64,000 nt of DNA, taken from Owenia fusiformis (Eukaryota). Made by a program: the position numbers and the translations under genes. The stretch is taken from positions 31,434,001 to 31,498,000 of the forward strand of contig CAIIXF020000001.1 of the NCBI GenBank assembly GCA_903813345.2. Reading direction: 5' to 3'. The notes beneath the pieces are model-generated. The model was not told the DNA's origin and searched no databases. It worked only from the letters and a program-made list of their open reading frames with translations. Positions 1 to 11,700 of the stretch are shown piece by piece (position 1 is the stretch's first letter; every line of letters begins with the position of its first letter).

Positions 1-3000
1 GCTTGAATCAGAAATTTGTGCTAGTGGATCATTAGATGCAGTCCTTAATGGAAAAAATTACAACAGAAGCCTGAGAGTTCACAAGATAATGTATGAAGCA
101 CTGGAACGTATGTTGTTGGAGAAATTCCAGCAGGAACACCAACTAAATCCAGCTGCAAAGAAGAAACTTCAAGATCTAGCTGAAAACCTAAATGAAGAGC
201 TTCTGCAGCAATCCCTCTCTGATAAAGATGTTAGTGAATTCTGTCAAAAATTCTTCCAGTTCAAAATGGACATCAGACAAGGGAAAATGGGTAAAACTCC
301 ACAGTTTTGGGTCCAGTACAGTGATATGGTTGGCACTGCACTTCAGTATATCCGTGCCACAAAGGAAAATGATCTCAACCTCCACATTGGAGCACACTCA
401 GCCATGAATAGTGCATTCTTTGCCATGGACCATCAAAATTATGCCAGATTTCACTGTTACCAATTTCTCACCCTTCTCAACCTGGATAAGAGACATCCTG
501 GTGCAACAGAGCTCATCTCAAACAATGGATTCTCTGTTTCAAGATCAGATGTATCATGCTCACGAAATCCTGTGGACATTACCATAGAACAAACTATCAA
601 TTGCAATGCAAAATCTAAAGGTGGTATTGTTGGTTTCAGTAGGAACAAGGGTGCATATCAGCGCTGGTGCGTTACACGAACACAGAGAGGACTGTATACA
701 GAGGCTGCCCTTGATATAGCTGGAATGAGAGACTCAGACGATATCCTCCATAGAGACAACTCATTAGCCCAAGTAACAACATCTGAAGCTGGTGTAAAGT
801 CAGTAATGCAGGCATTCAAAAGCTTCATCAACCCATTTGACATCAATGAGCCTGCTCTTCACTGTGTATCATCTGGTTTGCCAGCCCCAGCAGAAGTTCA
901 AGGGCTGACTGATGCATTACAGAAAGGTTACCAAGCAAGTGAACAATTCATTGATAGACTGAGAGATCAAAACTCAGAACTTAAGTTTCACGATAGCATA
1001 AAAAAGATGAAAGTCGCAACATTTGCAAATTCTGCTGTGACCAAGAAGATGACAACTTCAAAAAATAAGGTTGTTGAAATCAGCGCCACAAGAAACCTAT
1101 TTGGCCAACTACTTAATGTATCTCAAAACAGTGAGATTAGTCTTGAGAGGCTCATGGGATATTGCATGGGTCCTGTTCCTTGGCCTCTTGCCCTACCTGA
1201 TGGCTCTCTAGCAAAAACACCAAAGTCAACACTCATTCATGAGCTGCAAGGGAATGACAGTATTCCATCTCCCCCATCTGAATCAATAACTATCTTGGAT
1301 GGAAATATGAGTTTCTATCAAATGGAAAAAATAGCACCAACATTTGGTAAAGTTGCAAGAGACATATTCACACGCTTACCAAAATCCAAGAACGTACATT
1401 TTGTAACCGATTCCTACCATGAAAACTCCATTAAAGATCTTGAGAGAAACAAAAGGGGGCAGTCAGATCCAATTATCCTGAAGGGAGCCCACACTAAAAC
1501 CCCATCAAAATCATGGAATAACTTCCTAACATGTGGCAAAAATAAAGAGGAACTTATCAAGTTCCTGTTACGTGAATGGCAAACCAAGAAGTATGCCAGT
1601 AATCTGAAGGGAAGAAACATCTACTTCTCAGACCAAGAGAATACAATTCTACTCACAAGTGATGGTGAAAAGGTTTATACTTCCCCAGTAAATGACCTAG
1701 CATCTAACCAAGAAGAAGCAGATACAAAGATAATTCTTCACATGCTGTTCGCTGCAAGACATGGAAAACCAGTAATTGTTCGATCCCTTGATACCGATGT
1801 CTTTCTAATACTCCTAAGGTATGCTGACAGGGTCGATGTACCGATATATTTTGACACTGGAAAAGGAGATGGGCGTCGCCTCCTTGACATCCAAGCAATA
1901 GCCTCCCGCCTGGGCCAGCAACTTTGTGAAGCACTGCCCAGCTTCCATGCTTTCACGGGGTGCGATAGCACTAGTGCATTCATTCGCAGAGGCAAGATAA
2001 AGCCACTCAAAATTCTTACCAGAGGTCCTCCAGATGAAAGGAATCGTTTCCTGAAACTGTTTACTACAATGGGAAATACTGTTGAGGTTACCAACCAAAT
2101 GGAATCTACTGCTGAGGACTATGTTTGCAAAATGTACTCTAGAAAAACCAAGCTAAGGAACATCAACAAACTTCGCTATGAACTATTTCAACAAAGATAT
2201 TCCCCCAAGAAATCAGGAGATGCTTTGACTTACGATGGAACTGACTTGTCACTGTTACCCCCCTGTAGAGACTCTATAATTCAAAAGTTGAAAAGGAGTA
2301 ACTATCAAAGCTATATCTGGAAACAATCACACATTGCTGTCAGTGAACTCCCAAATGCCACGTTGCATGGCTGGCAACTTGATACCAATGGTAACATTGA
2401 GCCACAATGGTCTAGTTTACCCGTCTTACCAAAAGACCTTGTAGATCTGCTTGATGAGGTTGCTGAGCCTATTGTACTTGAAGATGCAGACTTCTTGGGA
2501 AGTGTTGAGGGTGGAGATGTTCTAGACAGCTAGAAAAGAAAAATGACTATAAACATGTTAAACTTCAAAACAATGCTAATGGAGGTAAATTTGTACTCTC
2601 ATACTGTTTTGTGACATTCTCCATTTAATATGTGGTTACCATAGCAACAGTTACAAAATTTTTTCTGAAGTGTATCTTAGCTCCTCACTGTAGATTGAGT
2701 TTTCCTATTAATTATTCAGTGAAATATTGGTGATAGCCTACATAGTATACTATAAGAAACTCATTTTGACATTTTAATAGACATTGGAGAAATAATCAAT
2801 TTCTCGTCTTGAATGAGGGTATGAGTATTAAAAAAATCATGTAAAATATAAGAAACATCCCAAAAATTTACTTTTCCCCTAGATTTGTACCATACACATC
2901 TGGGAAGTTTTTAAGCATATTTAGACTGATCAATCAATCTCTTACAACAAGATAAGTTCAGTTTACTGCAATCCGAATGTACGAAAATCGCCCTTTTTCA

Positions 3001-3327
3001 GTCATTTTTATAATTCAACGAGTCGTTACCATGGCAACAAGTAGAGCTTTCACACTCATATTTTGCATTATACATGTCTATTATACAATGTATGTTCCCA
3101 TGAACTTTCAATAGAATTGCTCGAAGTATAATGGTGAAATGGCTGCATTTGTACACATACCCCTCTATTGGTTTTTCAGGGGGGGTAAAATGGAACAGCC
3201 GCTTAACGCTGAAAAATTGGAAACTGAAAATTCATGAATGGATGGAGCTTTAGGTGGCCTAAATGATTATAACAATTAAAATTTTTAGACTACATCGCAC
3301 GAAAAACACCTATCACCCATTCCACTA
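1..3327 (+). mobile_element. Right part of an Academ-like DNA transposon inserted next to a splice donor of gene 1
   Basis: Ends ...CCCATTCCACTA (3327). The next bases, AAGGATTGTT.CTTAACATTATCAG, are the B-exon downstream intron sequence (normally GTAAGGATTG...). AAG is the likely 3-bp TSD; the left end is outside the window. Confidence 0.65.
2..2533 (+). CDS. AcademX-like transposase/XPG(FEN1)-nuclease protein, 5'-partial
   Basis: Frame is open from the window start (LESEICASGSLDAVLNGKNYNRSLRVHKIM...) to TAG at 2533. It carries FEN1/XPG-like acidic motifs QEEADT, SLDTDV and HAFTGCD..SAF..GK. An XPG domain plus a TAG..CTA terminus fits Academ (AcademX). Confidence 0.7.
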   Translation, partial: LESEICASGSLDAVLNGKNYNRSLRVHKIMYEALERMLLEKFQQEHQLNPAAKKKLQDLAENLNEELLQQSLSDKDVSEFCQKFFQFKMDIRQGKMGKTPQFWVQYSDMVGTALQYIRATKENDLNLHIGAHSAMNSAFFAMDHQNYARFHCYQFLTLLNLDKRHPGATELISNNGFSVSRSDVSCSRNPVDITIEQTINCNAKSKGGIVGFSRNKGAYQRWCVTRTQRGLYTEAALDIAGMRDSDDILHRDNSLAQVTTSEAGVKSVMQAFKSFINPFDINEPALHCVSSGLPAPAEVQGLTDALQKGYQASEQFIDRLRDQNSELKFHDSIKKMKVATFANSAVTKKMTTSKNKVVEISATRNLFGQLLNVSQNSEISLERLMGYCMGPVPWPLALPDGSLAKTPKSTLIHELQGNDSIPSPPSESITILDGNMSFYQMEKIAPTFGKVARDIFTRLPKSKNVHFVTDSYHENSIKDLERNKRGQSDPIILKGAHTKTPSKSWNNFLTCGKNKEELIKFLLREWQTKKYASNLKGRNIYFSDQENTILLTSDGEKVYTSPVNDLASNQEEADTKIILHMLFAARHGKPVIVRSLDTDVFLILLRYADRVDVPIYFDTGKGDGRRLLDIQAIASRLGQQLCEALPSFHAFTGCDSTSAFIRRGKIKPLKILTRGPPDERNRFLKLFTTMGNTVEVTNQMESTAEDYVCKMYSRKTKLRNINKLRYELFQQRYSPKKSGDALTYDGTDLSLLPPCRDSIIQKLKRSNYQSYIWKQSHIAVSELPNATLHGWQLDTNGNIEPQWSSLPVLPKDLVDLLDEVAEPIVLEDADFLGSVEGGDVLDS

Positions 3328-3557
3328 AAGGATTGTTCCTTAACATTATCAGATTTAAATGAGAGAAAATATTCATAAGTATTTTATTAAACCAGACGTG
3401 TTCCAAAAATAGTTACCTTTATTGTTGAAATGTCAGTTTAATGTACATGTAAACTAAACTTGTTCTGTGTCCAAGTTCTTGTAAATAAAGTTCATGCATG
3501 TCGACTTATTCTCAACTAATATAGCCAATATGGCTAATTTAAAGTTTCAACTTGCAG

Positions 3558-3725
3558 GTTGTTGGTCAAACTGGGCTTCTTGGAGTGAGAATTGCCCTTC
3601 TTGCCCTGACTGTGGTGGAGGATCGGTAATATGCACACATACTAGGACTAGACAAGGACCAAACTGTGCACCAAATGTTCAATTAGAAACTAAAGTTTCG
3701 ACCAAAACATGTTTGTCACCACCAT
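3558..3725 (+). CDS. Gene 1 TSR-like exon A1 (168 bp, phase 1-1)
   Basis: ttgcag|GT...CCAT|gtatgt; CWSNWASWSENCPSCPDCGGGSVICTHTRTRQGPNCAPNVQLETKVSTKTCLSPP. Confidence 0.9.
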
Positions 3726-3950
3726 GTATGTAATGTTTCTTCTTTATTATTGAATACATTTGTAAAAAATGAATATAATATGCCCTCTTTCCGGAATTCA
3801 CACGGATTGGTGACATGAGTTGAATAATATCGGATGATGTGTTTCATAATAGCTGAAAATCTCGTGCATTGTATACTAGTAAAAGTTTCAATTACAAACT
3901 TATTAATCTAAGAGTTTGCGTTGATCTACATGTGGATGTTCCATTTGCAG

Positions 3951-4121
3951 GTTGTGCATGGTCAACCTGGGCTACTTGGAGCGAGAACTGCCAATCTTGT
4001 CCCAAGTCATGCGAAGGAGGATCTGTTACTTGTACTCGAGCAAGGACTAGGCAGGGACCATATTGCATACCAAAGACTCAATCACAGAGTGAAACATCAA
4101 TCAAATTATGTCCAAAGATAT
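3951..4121 (+). CDS. Gene 1 TSR-like exon B1 (171 bp, phase 1-1)
   Basis: ttgcag|GT...ATAT|gtaagg; CAWSTWATWSENCQSCPKSCEGGSVTCTRARTRQGPYCIPKTQSQSETSIKLCPKI. Confidence 0.9.
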
Positions 4122-4358
4122 GTAAGGATTGTTGCTTAACATTATCAGATTTAAATGAAAGAAAATATTCATAAGTATTTTATCAAATCAGACGTGTTCC
4201 AAAAATAGTTACCTTAAGTTCATTGTTGAAATGTCAGTTTAATGTACATGTAAACTAAACTTGTTCTGTGTCTAAGTTCTTGTAAATAAAATTCATGAAT
4301 GTCGACTTATTCTCAACTAATATAGCCAATATGGCTAATTTAAAGTTTCAACTTGCAG

Positions 4359-4526
4359 GTTGTTGGTCAAACTGGGTTTCTTGGAGTGAGAATTGCCCTT
4401 CTTGCCCTGACTGTGGTGGAGGATCAGTAATATGCACACATACTAGGACTAGACAAGGACAAAACTGTGCACCAAATGTTCAATTAGAAACTAAAGTTTC
4501 GACCAAAACTTGTTTGTCACCACCAT
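4359..4526 (+). CDS. Gene 1 TSR-like exon A2
   Basis: Same splice sites as A1; 168 bp, open frame. Confidence 0.9.
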
Positions 4527-4751
4527 GTATGTAATGTTTCTTCTTTATTGTTGAATACATTTTTAAAAAATGAATATAATATGCCCTCTTTCCGGAATTC
4601 ACACGGATTGGCGACATGAGTTGAATAATATCAGATGATATGTTTCATAATAGCTGAAAATGTCGTTCATTGTATACTAGTAAAAGTTTCAATTTCAAAC
4701 TTATTAATCTTAGAGTTTGCGTTGATCTACATGTAGATGTTCAATTTGCAG

Positions 4752-4922
4752 GTTGCGCATGGTCAACCTGGGCTACTTGGAGCGAGAACTGCCAATCTTG
4801 TCCCAAGTCATGCGAAGGAGGATCTGTTACTTGTACTCGAGCAAGGACTAGGCAGGGACCATATTGCATACCAAAGACTCAATCACAGAGTGATGCATCA
4901 ATCAAAATATGTCCAAAGATAT
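4752..4922 (+). CDS. Gene 1 TSR-like exon B2
   Basis: Same splice sites as B1; 171 bp, open frame. Confidence 0.9.
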
Positions 4923-5154
4923 GTAAGGATTGTTGCTTAACATTATCAGATTTAAATGAAAGAAAATATTCATAAGCATTTTATCAAATCAGACGTGTTC
5001 CAAAAATAGTTACCTTTATTGTTGAAATGTCAGTTTAATGTACATGTAAACTAAACTTGTTCTGTGTCCAAGTTCTTGTAAATAAAATTCATAAATGTCG
5101 ACTTATTCTCAACTAATATAGCCAATATGGCTAATTTAAAGTTTCAACTTGCAG

Positions 5155-5322
5155 GTTGTTGGTCAAACTGGGCTTCTTGGAGTGAGAATTGCCCTTCTTG
5201 CCCTGACTGTGGTGGAGGATCAGTAATATGCACACATACTAGGGCTAGACAAGGACCACACTGTGCACCAAATGTTCAATTAGAAACTAAAGTTTCGACC
5301 AAAACATGTTTGTCACCACCAT
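5155..5322 (+). CDS. Gene 1 TSR-like exon A3
   Basis: Same splice sites as A1; 168 bp, open frame. Confidence 0.9.
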
Positions 5323-5547
5323 GTATGTAATGTTTCTTCTTTATTATTGAATACATTTGTAAAAAATGAATATAATATGCCCTCTTTCCGGAATTCACAC
5401 GGATTGGCGACATAAGTTGAATAATATCGGATGATATGTTTCATAATAGCTGAAAATCTCGTTCATTGTATACTAGTAAAAATTTCAATTACAAACTTAT
5501 TAATCTTACAGTTTGCTTTGATCTACATGTAGATGTTAAATTTGCAG

Positions 5548-5718
5548 GTTGTGCATGGTCAACCTGGGCTACTTGGAGCGAGAACTGCCAATCTTGTCCC
5601 AAGTCATGCGAAGGAGGATCTGTTACTTGTACTCGAGCAAGGACTAGGCAGGGACCATATTGCATACCAAAGACTCAATCACAGAGTGAAACATCAATCA
5701 AAATATGTCCAAAGATAT
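5548..5718 (+). CDS. Gene 1 TSR-like exon B3
   Basis: Same splice sites as B1; 171 bp, open frame. Confidence 0.9.
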
Positions 5719-8700
5719 GTAAGGATTGTTGCTTAACATTATCAGATTTAAATGAAAGAAAATATTCGTAAGTATATTATCAAATCAGACGTGTTCCAAA
5801 AATAGTTACCTTAAGTTCATTGTTGAAATGTCAGTTTAATGTACAGTCCATCTTTTAACGAAAGTGTCACTTTGCCGTCCGCCGTACACTCCTTTGCCGT
5901 GCGAGTGCGATACCCTTGTTTTACTTGAGCGGCGCGGTCGCTTCGCGTGTGTGACTACCTCGCGTTTACCTTGCTTTGCGACAGGACTTAACCCGCGAAC
6001 CGTTCGTGCTTACACAGTGTTGCCTTCGCTCAACGATTGTATACGCATATTAATTAAACTAAACCTACATTATTTTTCATTTACATATGTAGTAGAGACT
6101 ATATTAACTCAACTTTCAGACAAGATTTTAGTGTTGCGTTTTTCTCAGTTTCAATGAATATTTGATTCGTCTAATCTGTTTTGAAAAAGAATACAATTAA
6201 AGTGATTACGGATCATTCCATTTCACATTGGTCCAGTGGCACACATGTACAAACATTTGAAGCAGTTGTATACGCTTTTCGGTGATTTAATTTTTTTTTA
6301 AATTACGTTTATTAATAAGTCGACAGGAATGTTACGCCTATTCTTCTTACAGTAGTTTCGTGCGCGTGTGTACAGTCCCGGAGTAGTTTTGATGAATTAA
6401 CCTTTTTGGGGGGACGTGCTCTAGTTGCACTCCGGCCTTCAATACTACATCATACACGGCCGGTCGGCTCTGACGAAACCCAGAGCAATATAGCAACCAT
6501 GTTACAGTCTGAATCCACTTTTCTGGCTCTAAACAAGCCATTTGAGAAACTGCATTAATCGGTCTATAATTCTGCAATTTGTCGTCGGAATTCTTAATAA
6601 ATAACACCATGGTTAAGCTCGGAACGATAGCTTCCCGATGGTAAAAAAAATAAATTGAGGGAGGGACAGGAAACCCAGGGGTTCATATTTATTATATGTT
6701 CACGTACAAGTTCTCTAAAATACGTGTACATGTAGCTAGCCTCTCTGTTTCTACGTACACAACATCCTGTAAATGCACAAACTGTACAAAGAATATCCAA
6801 AGAAAATCCTATATAACATCCATAGTAAGAACAATGTAAAGTATTTTCCATAAATAAGGGGTTTAAATTTAGTGACATGACATATGTTGTCATAGATATA
6901 GTTTATTTCTACTCCCGGGCACAAGGGCCGATTACAGCTTGAAATTGTGAAATTGCAACAGACACAATTACGTACATTATGTATCTATGTAATTATGTAC
7001 AACAGTACATAATTTCGGCAATAGCAAATACACCAAACGTGTGAATTTAATAACTACATTATGATATTCTGTCTCGATATTCTGTATTGGCACTCGACTT
7101 CGTCTCGTTCCAATACGGAATTTCTCGAGCAGAATATATCCTGTATTGCACTTCAAATCATTCAATAACTTTTAATATTATTTACATCCAAAACGTATCG
7201 TTCTTACTCTATTGATTCACAACAAGCAAATCTAGGGAGTATCACAAATAAAACAAGCATTTCCTCGCGTGCATTTAACTTCTACAGTGAGTAATTATAT
7301 GTACTCCCGTGGGTTCTCAAAGTTTCACTTATTTTAGGCACCCCCCCCCCTGGCCAAAAACTCTTTCAAAATCATGCAGTTTTTCATAATTCTGACCATT
7401 TTTCGTGTGATTTTGGGTCAAATTTGCAAAATGAAGTCTTCGAATGAACATTCATTTGCCATGATAACCACCGAGATGCAATGGTCAACTTTTGCTTTTA
7501 CGTTTAATTATAATCAACGCCTTCTCTAAATTTCTTGTTAGATCATGAATGCCTGACTTCACCAAGCATTTAAATTATATTTTGCGTTTTATCATCTTTC
7601 CCAAAAGCTACAATTCATGCATATGGTACAACTACTACTAACTGACTTTGGTTTATCATTCTTTTGTTGCAAATATGGGAATGTTTCAACGACTTCAATC
7701 TAGGGATTTATATAGACGGGACTTCCCCTTTTGATAATGTAATTATATATTTTTCTGTTTTGTAGGTTCCCGTGGGTAGGATACACACAAGAACAATATA
7801 CGGCCCATCCTAAAGGGGTACAGACACAACAATGGCGTTCTTCAAGTTATAGCCGTGGAATTATATAGTTTATGCATCTTGCCTCAAGCGACGTGTTAAG
7901 TCTGACGTGATAACCCTAAAAAGGTTTATCCCATATTTGGTTTGAGAAACACAGTTGCTGAATACAAGTGCAAACTATGAAATAACCATAATATAACAAT
8001 AGATAATGTTTGGCATGCATTGTGTTTCTGTTTCATTGTTAAATTAGTTGAAAGTATATACAAAGAAGTTAATCACCAGGAGGGATTTCATATGGGGAAT
8101 ATCACATGATATGAATATATCCCGAGGGAACGCAGTGACAGAGGGAAATATTGATATCATCCGAGGGATATTCTCAATATCATCCCGACAGGTGAATAAC
8201 GACCTTATACCATGATCAAGAGCAAAATATATCTAAAATCCTCTTTTGAATGAGAGAAAATGTTTGAAAAAATTAAAATTTTTGTTTTTGAAAAATGAAA
8301 TTTTTTAATAATACCCGGGTTGATATCCATATCATCCCTCTAATCCCAATATCATCCATATCCTAAATATATGATTTATCACTTGCTATTGAATACTGAG
8401 ATATTGCTCTGACCATGTTATAAAAAGAATAACTTATCATAAGCAGATTTCTTTTCAGGGTGTTCAGCGGCGATGTAGGACTGTAAATAAGCGTCACACA
8501 CCCCGGACGCACATTTCCTCGGATATTAGATCAAATAAGCAGTTATACCTGTTTGCATGTTTTACTTTTGATTTGATTTGATTGTTTAAATTACATAAAA
8601 TCTAATTTAAGTTCTAATTTAAATTAGATAAAATGCGTTCAAATGTCACCAGTGTCTGGAGGGTTGAGACTTGATTTAGGAATTAAATTAGAATAAGATT

Positions 8701-11700
8701 TTTTACTATCTGATTTGTTTCCATCATTGTATAACGTTGATCTCATTGATTTATTTTCTAAACCATTTTCCGTTTTGTTGCATGAGTTACTATCTTGATT
8801 TCTGTTAAAATAGATAATGCGTTGCAACCATTTAAATCCTTTTATATATCCTTTTTATATCCTTTTTTGCTTGTAACCATATTAATTAATGAGCATATGT
8901 TTAGAGGGGCATGCCGTTTTATTTTGCCATCTTCATTTTATATTATCAGCCGTATCTTGATATGTTGAGAATTCTTCAGAGACAACTCCCAGACACTATC
9001 ATGGACCGACTACTTTCTTTAAAGTATAAGCTGCGGCCTTCTTGCCAAGGGGATTTTTTATTTGACAACTATGACAAGGATCGGAATGATATAAGCAAAA
9101 AATATTCAAAAATTCTTGTTAAGTCTCGGAGTTTGCTTGCTAAATCTGATTTTCCCCTTAATTAATGAGCATAGGTTTTTATGTTTGTTTCTTTGTTTTT
9201 ATTTCTTATTTGACAAGTCACATGCATGATGGGTTTATTTTACGCGTTTATTTTGCCATCTACATTTAATATTGTTATCTGTCTTGATAAGTTGGTAATT
9301 GTTCAAAGATATCTCCGAGAAACTATCATGGACTGGCTACATTATTCATAAGCTGCTTTTGCCGAGGGGGGGGGGGGCTCAGCCCCGTCAGAAACTTTTC
9401 TTCAAGGGTGTGTGGTTTTACCCCCCCCCCCTTGGGCCTGATCCGTTTCTATTTTCATACCCAACATGGACTGCGTGTGTGCGTGAGTGGAGGGTTTGGT
9501 ATAATGGGCTTCTAGAGGGGTACTTGGCAGTCAGAAATTGTTTACGCCACCCCTTCCCTCTATCAAATGAACTATGCATGTAGATTCCTCACATGCATAG
9601 AACTATGCTTTGTGTGCTTTATGTGCATTGCAATAATATCAAAATCAGAATTACGCCTTGTTTTCTAGTAACATTCAACAAAAACAAACGCTCAACTAAT
9701 TGAGACGTTTGATTACTTAATCCAGCGACCATTTCCCGTCATTACATTGCAATGGTATGGTGGCCAGAGGAAATGAGCCTGTATTGATATGTGATTATGG
9801 ATTAAAGTGAGTTACTAAGTAAGTGGAAAAGCAACTTTTAGAAATCTAAATTATTTTATACCATTCGCACAGACATTCAATAGGCTAGTTTTTTTTATTC
9901 ATTTCATTCCTATCCAACAGCAATCATCCATGACTTTTGATAAAGAGTGAAATCAACTGTTCAGGCTTCATCATCTTTTGAAACTTCAAGAAGGGAACTT
10001 AATTTACATCTGTTTTACTGGTTCAATTTGAATATTCAATTAAGGTTTTATCTCCATTATAGATCTAGGAACTGTTTGGGATGCGGGTTTTGGGTCTTAT
10101 ATCTATGTCACCACCACAAGTAGAGACATTTGTCTCCAACTTTTTTTTGTGAACGATGTTTGGCGGTTGGTGTTCGGCGTTCGGCATCTGCAACAGTAAT
10201 GCAATAGTACTTTGATTAATGATTATTATGGTTATACTTGTAGTGTCATCTTGTAGTATCATGGGAACCAAGGAAACTTGCATGGTATTGATAATCCTAA
10301 AAAACTTTTAACCCATATAATAATAAGCCTTTTGATAGCAGTTTGATTTTTCATCGAACATAATTGCAATCAACTCCATGATATTTGGAAAGAGCAAATA
10401 TTTTGAAAGCAAGTGTAATCAAGTTTCGAGATTTCTGATAAAGTTCAATCAAGCTATGACGAAATTAACTTCATTTCCCCATTGCATTGTATCCCCAGAA
10501 AATTAAACAGGTGGAGGCATTATACTGTTTTTAATTTCAAATTGATATCATATTACGCCTTTAATGTAGGCCGAGACCATCGTAACTAATTATCCTCAAT
10601 TTTCTTATTCTTATTATTTAAAATGCAACTGTATTCTAAGATCCATTCCTGCACTTTATTGTGTTCAGTACTATGCAAAGGCGTAACCCGATAACCAATG
10701 AAAATAGAACCATTGGATAGAAGAAAATAGCTTTAAAATGCTCTTTATTGAAAGCGTCTAGCTCAATTTTGAAGGGAGTTGCATCATGTTTTGTAAAACT
10801 CAAAACTAATCTTCGAAAAATTTGTTTTTGCCTTGCTTATGCCAAGATCGCCCCCCCCCCCCTGGGTAACCTGACTGACTGAAAGCTGCCTACGCCCCTC
10901 CAGTGTATTAAAATAACTCACGACTTTTTGCTGGCGGGAAGAGCGTCTGAGGATCAATATGATGCAAGCTTTTCCTATTTTTAATTTGAAAATTGAGAAA
11001 TTGAATCATTATCTGGTCAGAGAGTGGAATGCATCGAACATGTACATGTACAATGTCCAGTTGGAACTGGTAATTTAAATTTTCCCTGATCAATTTGAAG
11101 CAAGTTAAAAAAGTTTGATCTCCTTCTGAGAACTTGTAGATTTTTTGGTCAATTTGAAGAAACTTGCAAAAACTTTGGGAGCGTTTGCCCCCCCCCCCCC
11201 CCTCGGCCTATATTCCTTTCAAATCATGCATTTTTTCACCATTCTGATTACTTTTCGCATGATTGTCAAAACTGTCAAAAGTTACTCCCCATGGTAATAG
11301 CCTTCCACCCTCCTAAATGCATATTTGCAGCCAATGAAGAAAAAAGATTATATTTGTTTATCAAACAATTTTAAGAAATCAAAATATCCTGTTTGTGCCG
11401 GAAAGAGATCGCCGTGCTCCAGACAATTAATTAGTATTTGTTTTGTATAGTTACTGATCAAAGATGTCAAATTGTGGGAATCATGAATAATGACCGTTCA
11501 GACCAGATTTTAAAATACCAACCACCGAACTCCGAACACAAACAATCGAGCACCGTCCACAAAAAGTCGGAGACTATATATATAATTCTAGTGGTGGCAT
11601 AATAACACTTTCATCCTCCCATGGATATACGAGGAGTCTTATATCCAATATCCAGTCTCATAATAATCAGAGGCATATTGATAATTTTTCATTTGACTTA

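Larger units (their letters stand above)
3328..5843 (+). repeat. About 3.1 near-identical copies of an ~800-bp unit (intron-exon A-intron-exon B)
   Basis: Exon A starts at 3558/4359/5155 and exon B at 3951/4752/5548; introns are nearly identical between copies. Confidence 0.95.

Noticed and set aside
3494..5771. ORF-track single-exon Cys-rich peptides of 67-101 aa
   Set aside because: Their starts and stops lie in introns; canonical splice sites define internal exons instead.
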